A DNA stretch of 63,580 nt, filler included, from Choristocarpus tenellus KU-1152 (taxonomy: Eukaryota; Protista; Phaeophyceae), in the NCBI GenBank assembly GCA_964200185.2. It is 13 parts of 13 records of this genome, joined end to end, with 100 filler letters (N's around TTAATTAATTAA, not from the genome) between each part and the next. Parts side by side here need not be neighbours in the genome. Positions count along the whole stretch, not along the records: positions 20,656 to 23,217 come from CAXNAD020026757.1; positions 23,318 to 26,937 come from CAXNAD020018915.1; positions 27,038 to 30,877 come from CAXNAD020017628.1; positions 30,978 to 37,231 come from CAXNAD020008561.1; 9 more parts are not named here. One strand, given 5' to 3'. Shown here one piece after another: positions 20,764 to 33,495 of the stretch. Position numbers and translations under genes: made by a program. Under the pieces are notes generated by a model. That model saw only the letters and a list, made by a program, of their open reading frames with translations, was not told where the DNA came from and did not search any database. How positions within the stretch are numbered: the first letter of the stretch is position 1; the number at the start of each line of letters is the position of its first letter.

Positions 20764-23217
20764 CTCACAGCTTCTGGTACATCGCTCTTGTTCAAACCCA
20801 CTCCCTTTCCCGCAGCACAACAGAAGATTTCCCTTAGTACAGGGCTTACCTCGCACACCGCCTGCCAAGTAAAGACAGAAGAAAAAACAAATGAAATTTC
20901 CAATTGTAAAAAAAAAGATGTAAACTGATGCAGGACAACTGAGTGAGGGGACACTATAGCTAGCTATGCACAGCACAGGGCTAAGGCCAGTATGTTGCGG
21001 AACAGTGCACTCAAAATACTAACAGCTGGTCACCTTTAATTTAAAAACAACTTTAACATCCCGAGGAGTTACCAAACATAGATGATCCCAAGAAGTGAGA
21101 GGAAAGGCAGATATAGGTGTTGAGGGGATAATCACATTCAGTACCAGGGGAGCAGGTTGGTGTGTGGGTTGCTGTGGGTCAGAGGACCAACACACCCTCT
21201 ACACAGCTCACACTAAACATTTTCCCTATTCTCAACTAACTGCACCACACACTAACTACACACAGTGGCAGTGTCATCCAAGAGAATTTTTCGTCATCTT
21301 CTCACTTCAACACCAAAGTACATCAACAACGTTATGCAGAGCAACAAAGACAAACAACACATCAAGCAACAGACACACAACCTAATGAACCACATCACAT
21401 CACATCACATCACATCACATCACATCACCACACCACACCACACCACAGGACAAAACCAAACCAACCAACAAAAACCTCCAAATTTGCACAAAAGAGTAGC
21501 AATAAAAAAATGGAAAAACAGCATCAGCATGCCTCTAACCTCAACAATAAAGCAACTGCGAACGCATCGCAAAAATCACCTCCACATTGGACACCAGGCG
21601 GATGCTGACAGATTGTGCTACACCCTCCTCACAGCCAAGTGTGGACAGGCGCCGTTGTACCCTTGACTCAATGTAGCGGCTCATGGGCGTGTGGGGCAAC
21701 TTCGAGGCCATGTAGACCTTACCATAATTCATATTCAACAGGAAAATAGGTGAAAGAAATTGGGGGTTAGGGTTGTAGGAGGAAGTATGAACGCTCCACA
21801 AGATTCAAAATATTGAATCTTGCATTCAATGAAGGAACCAAAGCCTATTCAATGGGTTCACCAAGTACAACTAAGGGTGTTAGCAAAGGTGTGAATGTTG
21901 GTCAGGAAATAAGGAATCAATTGGTGGACATCACAGAGACAGCAGGCAGTGAAGAGGATGAACCAAGGGGTTGCTACCTGATCCCTAATCTGATTCACTC
22001 TTCCCAAGCCCATCTGGACTGATGGGAGGAAGCTTCAGGCCTTCACTGCAAAAAATAACTATATAATTTTTCGTAAGCTCAGTCGCACACCACATACACC
22101 TAGGCAGCAATTGTTAAAAGACCTATCACAAGATATGAACAAAAGGTTGCTGACATCTCCTTTTGATGTCACTTTTTGATATTGCATTGAGAAGCAAAGT
22201 AGAGCCGTTGAAATTGTCCAAGTGACTCCTGACATGGGTGGAGTGATGACTGCATTAATTGCACATGCTTTCTAAATGTGCAACTCTAGTGCACCTCAAA
22301 AACCCACTGTCCCTTCCTGAATGGGCAGGGTATGATTCTGTATGGTAGTGTAACAGTACTGGAACCAATGGTTACGGAGTGTATAGAAAGCTGAACGAAT
22401 TTGAACCAGAATAAGGCAGAAAGGACAGAATTTTTTTGATGACTGCAAGTCATCTTCACTTCACACACATGCCTACTTTTGCCCCCCTGTATATATACTT
22501 TTGTTCTGACAATAGACAGTTACACCTATCCAACACAATTGCTTTCCTTAATACAACACTAATACACACATACACACATACACACAAAGCAATGCTCACA
22601 TCTTGGAATGAATCATCTCCTCCTGCAGCTGCTGCCATCCCTCCTCCTGCATTTCCACTATCTGGGCTAGCTACCTGACTCGTGGTTGGCCCCAGAGCTG
22701 AGACATGTGCATCTCTATCACTGGCAGTGTTGAAGGAAGCACTTGAAACCTCACCATTTTCCACTCCCTGCCTTGCCAATGCTCCCTCCTCACCCACTCC
22801 CACTCTTGGCACCCTCCCTACACCTCCATCCTCAGCCTTGGTATCACCCTGACAAACAGGTGCCGGCCTCTCAAGCCCAAGATCCCCCATACCACCAGAA
22901 CCTGCACCACCAACAGCAGCAATAGAGACACCTCTACCTTCTGGTGCAGGCAAGGCAACTTCAACTGGAGCCTCAAGTGCTTCCTTGTCTGCACCAGACT
23001 TTGATTCCACTGACATTGTCACTGTCTCCATCCCCCCTTGATCTCCAGTCCCCAGTCCTGTTGCAACCACAACTGCTCCTGCTGAATCAGTTCCACCTTG
23101 GCTATTTACAGAATACTCCTTTCTGGCAAGATCTCCTTGTCCCTTCCCTTCCATCAAGTGGTTAGCCTCTACAGCTCCTCCTCCCCTTGCAAATCCAGCA
23201 TGGGCTGTTGCCCCCCC
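20764..23217 (-). CDS. p300/CBP-type (KAT11) histone acetyltransferase, internal exons (>23217-22600, 21717-21580, 20861-20764)
   Basis: ASKLPHTPMSRYIESRVQRRL..SVSIRLVSNVE|AVCEVSPVLREIF matches the HAT-domain start (AKRLPxTxLxxxxExRV..VxIRVV..VEVKP). Exon phases agree. Confidence 0.8.
21389..21447 (+). repeat. (CACAT)n / (CACAC)n microsatellite in a HAT intron
   Basis: Directly visible 5-bp repeats. Confidence 0.9.
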
Positions 23218-23482
23218 NNNNNNNNNNNNNNNNNNNNNNNNNNNNNNNNNNNNNNNNNNNNTTAATTAATTAANNNNNNNNNNNNNNNNNNNNNNNNNNN
23301 NNNNNNNNNNNNNNNNNCCCCCAGATTCTTTGAGCCATTGCTCTGTTACCTTTGAAACTGATACTTGCTATAAGATTAAACAAAAACTTGATTGTCCAAT
23401 AATTGAACACATATGCAGTTCAGGACACTGCTACGAAGAGATGTGCTCTGTCAAGCAACTGGAACCACCCCTACAACACCAC

Positions 23483-25746
23483 CTGCAACAATCATCCTCA
23501 GCTTGGGTATAGCGCTCCAGCTTGATAGCGGCAGCAGCCCTGTTGATGTAGAGCACATGGCATGTGCTATCAAGTTGGATGGAGTATGTGTAGTGCAGGT
23601 AAGCTTCTTCAAAGTCTTTGACCTGTTGTTTATGTGGTGTGTGCAAGGATAGAAAATTCTAATCAATTAGAGAAAATTTCCCGTTAGTCTATTTCTTAGT
23701 CAAGCAGTTCAGGGAAGACACGCATAATCTCAACAACAAAATATCACCATATTTCAATGGTATGATCATAGCCTTCCTTCTAGTAACCACTCCATTTTTT
23801 TGAGGCAATGCAATATTCACTGTCTACAATTTGGAGAGAAAATAGTGTATTACTATCAATATTACTCATGTAGCTCAACGATCAATAGACCAAGAAAAGT
23901 ACCAACTATCAACTATCACGTAGAGGGGACACTTTCAAACATTATGGATAATGTGATATGATTATATAGTATGATTTGTCGACTTCCTATATATGTCAAA
24001 GAAGACAAAAGTTGACAAACAAGGGTACACCTTCTCATTGTTTGTAAATATGACACACACCTACTATCTTACCAACACCCCCCTAAGTACTACTGCTCCC
24101 TTCGATCTACAGTACCATATCACTACCTTGTAGCATTCATTTCCCTTGCAGCGCTCTGCATTTGCAGTGTGTTTCTTTTCCGCAAAGCTCATAGAACCAA
24201 TGGAGTTCATCCTGGTATCTCCCAGCAGAATCTGCTGTTGATGTAATTGCCTTGAAGTGCGACGTTCTTGTTCCTTCATGATAGAATTTACGAGAAGTGT
24301 TGAGGCTTTGCTGAGGGTGCAAGTATATTGCAGAGGCAACTTTTCGGAACCTCTGAGGAACAATTACAGTATCTTGCATTACACTCATGAGAAGACAGAG
24401 TAGGCTTTACTCTAAGGTCATGCAGCAAGAAGAATCAGAATATCACCAAGTAAAAGCACCAACCTCAGGTCCTTGCTTATGTACAAGCTCTTCCTCTAAT
24501 TCGACCTTCTTGATCTCACCATCAGCGTCATAAGCATCCCATGCCCTGTAGAGCAGGAAATACTGGTAAGCGGGGACTTTCTCCCTTGAACTTGGTATTT
24601 TATTCAAGCTAGTGTCAACAAATCTGACGCCTTGCAATCAGAAAAGGACTGACCTGAAGTCATATCCACTCAACCTTGCAGATGATTTGTGTTCAAGTCC
24701 ATCCTGAGCAGAAGAAGGACCTTCACCAAATGTTTTTGATTGCTTGGGGTCTTGTTTTTTCTGACCCCTCACCGGTGGAAGAGGGCGCTTGGTGATGCAA
24801 TCAAAAATTGCCTGTGTAGTGGTCAGGAATCGTGAACTAAAAGTTTGGACAACTTAGTATTGCTCTTCCTACCCGTTATGTGGAGAAAGAACTGAAATGC
24901 TGTTGAGATTTTATCTCACCTTGTCAGCGTTACTTTGGTCTATTCCATCCCCTTGCTCTGACCATCCTGGGGCCCGTTGTATAAGGGTCTTTCCCCTATC
25001 GAGACCAGATCTCAAAGTTGTGATGTCCTGCTCCCACTCACGCACTTCTTTGGTGGCCTGGGGTCAGGCATGGCGATGCAATGGTTATTTGGGTAGTGAA
25101 TTTACGAGTAAACAAGTAGATTTTTCAAGTATTTGAGGATCCTTACATCGAATACATCCGCAGGATCAGGCTCAGCTTTCATTCGAAGTATCTTCAGTCG
25201 TTCAGTTTGGGGCAGCTGTGCAAGCAAGCGTTCCTCCGTATGCTGCAGGGGTATTGAGTGAGAGAATGAGGTTTCGTTCTGTTTTTGTAGGTAGTGTTTC
25301 TGTCGCGAGAAGACCTAGACCTGTAAGTCTTTGCACTGCAGACCTAGTATTGGTCTAGGAAGTATGCAATCGATCGTCGATTTTACTCTCCTTTTACCGC
25401 AAAGATTACGAAGGATCGTCTGCTAAACAGTGGGCTTTCTGTTGCTCGTTGGACATGTACAAATTGACCTTCACGTAAGAGGATTGTCGTCTTACCTTAG
25501 TGAGTTCAGGGTAATAGCCCTCCTTTCCTGATTTGAGTTTTGCTAAGATCCCCCGAAGTAATTTGATGTCAGTGCAACGATCCACGAATCCAAAATCCAG
25601 CATTTCCACTGTGGGTTCCTGGTTTCATTGAGAATATTCAGGTGAGGAAATGTCTATTATATCAAGATATTTTGGAAACAGATGCGGTCCATCATCACCT
25701 GGCATCCTTTACCACCACAAGTTAAGATATCCCCAAATTCGGCCAT
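23483..25746 (-). CDS. SPAG1: SPAG1-like TPR co-chaperone / axonemal dynein assembly factor (5' part, ~8 exons)
   Basis: MAEFGDILTCGGKGCQ|EPTVEMLDFGFVDRCTDIKLLRGILAKLKSGKEGYYPEL matches the SPAG1 N-terminus; LPPVRG; RLSGYDFR|AWDAYD; TPR AERCKGNECYK|VKDFEEAY..YINRAAAAIKLERYTQAEDDC. Confidence 0.88.
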
Positions 25747-27037
25747 TGGTGTAGGAGTGAGGTAGTTAGGGAGGTCCACAAGAGGATTTTTCTGGTTGGT
25801 TAGGTACTTGAGGGTACTCTTCACGTAAGACCAAAACCTTTCTCTGTAACCGGCTTTATTCTTTGTCACCTCTCCTTAATCTTGATATATGTGATGGTTG
25901 TATCCACATCACAAATCATAAATATATCATTTAAATAGTTTAAGTGGGTTTAGATATTTGGATCTTTATATTGGATTTTTGGGAGTGTAACCATAGTTGT
26001 ATATCAATGGAGGCGTCGTCGTGCCTTAGTAGTTAATATGGTGAACCTTTATGGATTTAGGGGGTTCGAGATCCTTCAACGCCAGACTTCTTTTCACAAA
26101 AATCTGGTATTAAAGAACTTCCACACGACAAGCACAACAGATTGTACACCCGTACTTACCCTCTCTGCGCTATACCACAAAACGCCGGACAAAGACTAAG
26201 GTGAAAAACTTCGCCGTGGGTCCAGGAGAAGATTTGAGGGAGACGAAGACGGAGTAGCGAGCAGTGGGAGTGCTGAACCCAATGCACCAGAACTAAGGCA
26301 GGAACGAAGGTAGCACAATTAATTGTAGTGGAACAGGTAGTAGTTAGTAGTGTGAGATGCAGTGGAGTGTGTAGTGCCTCTGACCAACGGGTTGCGGTTA
26401 TATATGAATAATAGGCGACAAATAACAACCAATAAATAAGGTCAAATGTCCAGAAATTGGTGTCCTCGTCCAGTTAGTGGACAACATGTGGCTGTTTTTC
26501 TGCGTGATATTTGCGGGTTCATACTCTTCGACACCAGACTTATTTTCGTGATCACATGCCACATGGGACGTAGTTGGTGGGAAGCACAACAATGAATTGT
26601 GCACAACCTCAAAAATGTTACCACAAGATTCGAGGGTTAGGATGGAGCAACGATCAGTGGGAGTTCTAAACCCAACTCGAGGGAAGCAAGGCAAGAAGGA
26701 AAAGGTAGTATAGAGCCTAACTAGACGAGGTAGGCACCAAAATTGAGCCAAATCAACTGAGAAGTAGGCAGGGTTGTATTATAAGGATCCTGAGAAAGGG
26801 CGATTAAACACCAATTTGTGCAATTGCAGAAAGGACCTTTGCATAACTGTGGCGTTACTTTGTGTGTGGAAAGAACAGCGTCTCACCAAAATTGAGGATG
26901 GAGCATACTATGGAGGATGGGTTTGACCCAAAATTGANNNNNNNNNNNNNNNNNNNNNNNNNNNNNNNNNNNNNNNNNNNNTTAATTAATTAANNNNNNN
27001 NNNNNNNNNNNNNNNNNNNNNNNNNNNNNNNNNNNNN

Positions 27038-27105
<68 letters not shown>

Positions 27106-27204
27106 GATCAAATGGTGAACACAACTCAGCCAGGAAATATGAAACATGCAAAGACTTATTATCAATCCCCCTGCAGGCCACTTGGCAGCAAGGTCATGCA
27201 CATC

Positions 27205-27241
<37 letters not shown>

Positions 27242-27371
27242 ATTTTTGTTTTATTGAGGTTAGGGTTGGGAAAAAAACTGAGCGATAAATATAACACAGA
27301 TGACCATTTTCACAAAAAACAGTTCGGCAGGGGAAGAAGAGAGTTGTAAGGTGATACTTCAAAAGTTTTAG

Positions 27372-29087
27372 CAAGTGTGCCGGGGAGTAGAGATTACAAC
27401 TGAACAGGTGCAACATGAGTCCAGAAGTGGTAGCACTCAAGCTGCTGTTTCCATGTGAGTACACTCTTTCACGATCTTACATCCCACACACATCAAGTTA
27501 GGCCATTTGTAGCAAAAACAGGTTCAAGAACAGGCCTTTTCAATGAGGGGCTCTTGGGGTGGGTGGTGCGGGGGGGAGGGCAGCCAACATTTTCTGGGAA
27601 AATTATCGATTTCTGGCGACTAAGAAAGTGTATGTATGTCATATTTGCCGTCAACGGCACAAACTTCTTTATTTTAACATACACTGTCAACAGTTTTGTG
27701 CAGTCATACTATACTGCTGAGTAAACAAACCAAACCCTAACACAAAGCAAACACTGGTGTGATGTGAAATATACTATTTAATTATACCATAATCTGTGCT
27801 GAGAATCAAACACATCATATAACCACGGACACACTAAATCGGCCCAGAATTTTTCACTATACTTAATAATAATAATAATAATAATAATAAAAATGTTCAC
27901 ACGGTGTCAGTGGATGAATTGAGACGCATTTGGGTGTGCGCGCAAAACATACACATATTTTTTTCAATCAATTTTCGGTTTTTAAATCCTTATCGTGATT
28001 TGATTGAATCTTAGCACTTCAAATTGCTTCAATTTGCGATACTCTCAAACCCTGAAAGCTCAAAATAGTTGCTTCACAATGCAGGCTCTAACTACATGGA
28101 GATACACCCCTATAGTCTACGTAGGACTCAGCATCCACACCTGATTTGAAAACAAAGCACTGCTCCTTCAACTTCAACTTTCCCTCCCCTCCAATCCATT
28201 TTATCTACTGATATTTTGTTAGTTTCCGATGTTTCTGTGATCCCCTAACTAGGAGAGAGCGTACCCAATTCCATGTGCCTCAGCTAGCTCTGGCTCTGCT
28301 CAAAATTTCAATGGCAACAATACTCACCTGTAACCCCCAAAAAACAGGAAATGAGAGAGTAGACAACAAGTGGTACCACCAAAGTACCACGAACAAATGC
28401 ATAGAAAAACACACATAAATATGTCCAACACATACAGCCACACAAATATATCCAACACATACAGTCACACAAATATGTCCAACACATACAGTCACACAAG
28501 TATGTCCAACATATACAGTCACACAAATATGTCCAACACATACATTCACATAAACATGTCCAACACATACAGTCACATAAATATGTCCAACACATACAGT
28601 CACATAAATATGTCCAACACATACATTCACATAAATATGTCCAACACATACAGTCACATAAACATGTCTAAATTACGCTTGTGTTTTACCTCCACCTCCT
28701 TAATGGACTCCAAGAAAACATACTATCATCTCTACAGACCACAGTGCATTAGTGATATTGATATTGATATTTCCTACTTGAATTTTTTTTTTAATGTGTC
28801 AAGGCCAGAGAATAACTTACTCTTACATTCTGTAGTACAATACACAGTCTCAGAGTGAGAGCTGACTGCACTGAGTAAAGAGAAAAAGGCACAATGATAC
28901 ACACTATGGTAATTGTTGTTTGTTGTTTCCCTTTAGGGTGTCGTTGCCATCACTTGTGGTGACTTCCACTCTCATTTGTATCCTAATTATAGTATCTTGG
29001 GAGACCAGAATTGTGACACTACAGTCGCAGTCATCTCACCATGAAACACACAAAAAGCTCCCCTAAACTTTCAACAACCATGCGGGA
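27372..29087 (+). CDS. Possible last two exons of an unknown membrane protein
   Basis: AG/GTGAGT-bounded exon QVCRGVEITTEQVQHESRSGSTQAAVS, and a phase-compatible exon from ~28937 (VSLPSLVVTSTLICILIIVSW..LP*). No family motif recognised. Confidence 0.25.
28411..28670 (+). repeat. 27-bp minisatellite (~9.5 copies)
   Basis: Unit CACA(C/T)AAATATGTCCAACACATACA(G/T)T. Confidence 0.95.
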
Positions 29088-29239
29088 ACACTAGTGCAAA
29101 CCAGGGTTAGGGCATACATGCATACATACATACACATACACCTTATACCGGGTAGACAACTGGATCATCACGCCTTCCATCTCTCCAGACACAACCAATA
29201 CACACACACACGCGCGCGCGTGCATGGAAGTGGAAGCAT

Positions 29240-29427
29240 TGAAGTATATTGACATAGATATTGCATTCATTGTACGCTATGAACTGAAGTATATTGACAA
29301 AGACATTGCATTCATTGTACTCTATGAACTGAAGTATATTGACAAAGACATTGCATTCATTGTACTCTATGAACTGAAGTATATTGACAAAGGCATTGCA
29401 TTCATTGTACGCTATGAACTGAAGTAT
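29240..29427 (+). repeat. 45-bp minisatellite (~4 copies)
   Basis: Unit TGAAGTATATTGACAAAGACATTGCATTCATTGTAC(T/G)CTATGAAC. Confidence 0.95.
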
Positions 29428-30771
29428 GCAAGGATTGTATGCATTCTATTTTGAGGGATGCCAACGGTATGAACGAACACAATACCACAACACAAACGTC
29501 AAAAGACCACTGCAGCATACTAGACTAGTTGGCAACAAGTTAAAAATAAATAATATATATATATATATTCTTTTTCCTTTTTTCTCTCCGGTCGGGCCAT
29601 TGCTCAATTAAGAAATTTCTTTTAGCTTTCCACCGGCTTTGAAATCGGCAGTTGTTAGAGCAGAAAAGTGTCACGTTACATACACATACATATGTTTAAA
29701 GCAAAAAAACAAAAACGGTTCTGGTAATAATTACACACATGCTGTCGTTATCAATTCATTTCTTATTAGTCATATCATACCGCCGCCAACTACTACTTAA
29801 TAAATAAACAAAAACCCTACTCTAATTTATTAATCAAATGCTGATGTGTGAGAGAGACGCTTCATGTTCTTGCTAAGTTCCACCTAAATAAATGTATGTA
29901 CTGATACATCCCTTTTTATGCGACATATTTTGTCTTCCCCAATGTCTATAGATTACATTTTTATTCTTATTTCATCACAACAAGTACAACGCAGACACAC
30001 GCAATACACACAAAACATTGACATCCCTCCAAAAAAGACATGTTTATACTACTGAGCTCTCATCAACTTCAAGGAGGAACATCAAGGTGGTGCCGCAGTA
30101 CCTGCACACACACTGAGTGCCGGGCTAGTCCAGGCACTCATAGTCCCATCCCCCCTTATCCATAGCTCCATGACATCATTTAGTACTCTTGTCATACTAC
30201 CTATCAATCAATCTATCAACCAAATGATCAACTCTAATCTGCCAACAATATCGCTTGAGAGTGGGCCCCTATGATCCCAACCTCAACCCTGCCCTCTTCT
30301 AGACTAACCCTAACCCCAACCCTAAGTAACATTCCTTGAACGTTCTACAGTACCCTATCGAAAAGAAAATCCAATACCCAGGGTGATGCCCCAAATCATC
30401 AACAGTGCACCATACTCAATACTTCAAACATACGCCTCCTCCCCAAAAGAGTGTTAAACTCTCTACCCCAGTGCATGTATTTTGGAATCATGTGTGAATC
30501 ACAACAGACATGCATACATTACAAAACCCCACACTATTCTACTAAGCAAATAAGCGCTCCTTTCCCCACCAAACCAACCCTCCAAAGAAATAAAACATCA
30601 ACACAAACATATAATGTAACATATAACATAGGGACTTCTTTTTTCTTGCAAGAATGAATCAATTCCAAACTTCAATTCATAGTAGCAACACAGGTGGAGA
30701 GGGTTTCCAACACCTCAGGTTGGGATGCTCTAGCGACTTTGATCCTTTTTAAACAAAAAAGAAAATTACAG

Positions 30772-30805
<34 letters not shown>

Positions 30806-31016
30806 CCCACCCAACCCCCAACACAAACACCCAACCAAACCACCCAACCACACAGGGGCAGAAGGAAACAGAACCAANNNNNNNNNNNNNNNNNNNNNNN
30901 NNNNNNNNNNNNNNNNNNNNNTTAATTAATTAANNNNNNNNNNNNNNNNNNNNNNNNNNNNNNNNNNNNNNNNNNNNGGGGGGAGTAGTTTCCAGGGTAT
31001 CATAGCTCTTGCTTAC

Positions 31017-33272
31017 AGTGTTGTCCTTTGGGTAGAAGTACACTACCACATTCTTCAGTCCCTTGAAGGAGGCCAGTGTGACATCATTGCCATCCTGGTC
31101 CTTCGCCGTGAAGGCGGGAGCAGGGCCGCCCACCTTACATAAATAAAGAAATAAGCAAGCAAAAGAAATAAAATAAAATAAAATAATATAGAATAGAAAA
31201 ATAAAGAAACCAACAGAGGGGTGGGTAGGAGGACAAACAAAGCATGATGAATCACGCAGCAAAAAAAAAAAAAGAAGCACGATTCAGTCAATTTGTCACA
31301 TTGACCCAAATCAAACGCACTGACACTAGTCCTGCTACAGTCAGTGTCGGCCAATCAAATTGCATGCGTACGGTCCCTCATCGCTCAGAGAAACCTCAAT
31401 ATGCAGGAGGGGAGGGGAGGGGAGGGGAGGGGAGGGGGGGTATGTGGCAACAGAAATATCTACAAACTCCATTAGTGATATCCATGGAGCCTGAGAAGTA
31501 GAAAAAAAAAATCTAAAAAAAAAAGGAATCTTCTCCTGCTCGTTCTGAATGTGTCCATATTCCGAGATAGTGCAGGATTAGGACTGAGGTTAGGGATAAA
31601 AGCTCGATAATATGTTTAGATCCCCCACAGCACAGACTCACAGTTCACCCATCCGTCTGTGAACTGGCTCTATTTCCCGGATCTATTGCCCTTCTTCGTT
31701 CAAGGATACAAAGCATAAATCCATCGAAAATATTCTATCACTCTGTTGTTACTGTTGTTGTTACTCTGGGGCTGTTTGTGTCACGGAAAGTGGTTCCTTG
31801 TACAATGGGTATGAAAGAGGGATGCATTCTCATGTTGGAAGGGTAGTTTGCACGCATACTCTACCGCAAAATCCATAGCATATCATTGAACAAGGAACAA
31901 CCAGGTCTAATATCTTTGACCTTATCCGGGCAGGTGGAATATCTTACTGTTACTTGAAGCAGAGCAAAAACGGGAAATGGGTAGCCTTCAAATTCCAGCA
32001 AAAGGTGTAGGTTAGGGTTAGGGAAGGTGTGATGCAGGCACCTCGTACAAGCGAGGTGATCGCGAAAGATGGGAATGAAACACGTTACTCCTCTACTTCC
32101 ACAATATCCCTCCACTCCTCATGTTCTGTGGTGTATCCAAGTCTACAGCATAAGAAGCAGGCGGGTGAACCCTCCAATGTTATCGAAGCAACATACATGG
32201 AACGAGGAGGTGAAGTAATATGAAGTAGGATCACTGGGAGGGTTGTTTGAGATCATGCCATGTGTCCACATGGTGTCATGTTACAGGCTATGCAGGCAGC
32301 GCCCTAAATTAAGTGCTAACCGATATAGTGATAGCTACATTTGTGGAAGTATTAGAAGAGCTCCGGGAAACCACCCCCACGTTAGTATATGAACATGTTT
32401 GACACAGAAGCAAGAAGGAGTCGCCCCATATGATAAACCAAAGGCCCATTAAGTACAACAAGGACTGCATACAAAAGAAGATGGCAAGTTGAACTGACGT
32501 GGTTGCTTGCGTTGCACACTTAGTTCGCCTTCAGAATGCAGAGCTTCAACAGGAACAAGGCAAAGTCGTTCCTAGTCGTAAACCAAATTCGAATATCGCT
32601 CGATCAGGGGAAGGGGGGAAACATTCTTCAAAGAACGATGGGAGTTCCCTGACAACTTCGTTGTCCTTTTGTGGCACAATACTACGAAACAACGACTACG
32701 CCAGAATACAGTACTTCCATCCCGAAGAGGTGGCATCAGCGGCATAACGCCCAAAGCACCTACCATCATTTTGCCTTTGCCAGGAGCAGTCTCGCTCGAT
32801 GTATCTTTGGCTAGGTCACCTTGCGCGGGGGCGGCTGCCGCTCCTTTCGACGCCCCTGCCTTAGCCTTCGTCGACTTTCCAGTTTCTACCTTTCTCGTTT
32901 GCTTGGATTTATCGGGAGCTCCCTTCGCCAAAATGAACAGAAGACGTCATGGTCGAAATATATATATTGTCATCGTCTTCTGGTAGAAAATTCACCAAAA
33001 CTAATTCCTACACTAGCCCTAATCGGTAGAGATCTTTGGCCTTTTGCTTGCGGTATCCAACTATTAAGGCCAAAATTTACATGCAGGCGACTGTGACCTT
33101 GCATATTCAGTGATCTTCCAACATTGCCCACAGAATCTCAGGACATCTTCACAGAGGGGCGAAAGGTTGGGGTCATCCTCGAGATAGCTACCTTGTTCCC
33201 AGATCGAGCCTTTGGAGCATAGGAATCGGGTTCCACCTTTGCGCGCTTTGATCGGCGGGGCTCGTCCGACAT
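31017..33272 (-). CDS. BCP/PrxQ-family peroxiredoxin with a basic N-terminal extension (Dot5-like), 5' part (33272-33192, 32922-32764, 31133-31017)
   Basis: [15 protein letters not shown]..|[17 protein letters not shown]|[39 protein letters not shown]; all introns phase 0. The PGCT active site lies beyond the contig end. Confidence 0.85.
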
Positions 33273-33495
33273 AGTGCGGGTACAGCGCCGTTAGGTATCT
33301 GCTTGGTTAAGTAGTTATGTTCATCTATGATCTTACGTGGCAACTGTTGTGGGTCATCATAGTTCGAGGGTTGTGGATTGGTATAATCGCGTATGTTCAA
33401 TGCGGAAAAGACTTGAAGGCGTAAGTTGACAATCTGATCAACACCTTGGAAACGTTGGATCCTGTGCGACACACAGTAAGACCAGCTTTGTCACA

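Noticed and set aside
26012-26084. 73-nt tRNA-sized segment with GGCGTCG/CAACGCCA ends and GGTTCGAGATCC
   Set aside because: The D and anticodon arms do not fold and the T loop is the wrong length; at best a decayed tRNA or SINE head. tRNAscan-SE would settle it.
28280-28858. Cys-rich and repeat ORFs (CMCWTYLCD..), and a CRISPR-like appearance
   Set aside because: These are translations of a head-to-tail 27-bp minisatellite with no unique spacers, in eukaryotic DNA.
28937-28980. GVVAITCGDFHSH resembling an RCC1 repeat
   Set aside because: The similarity does not continue, and another frame fits the upstream exon phase better.
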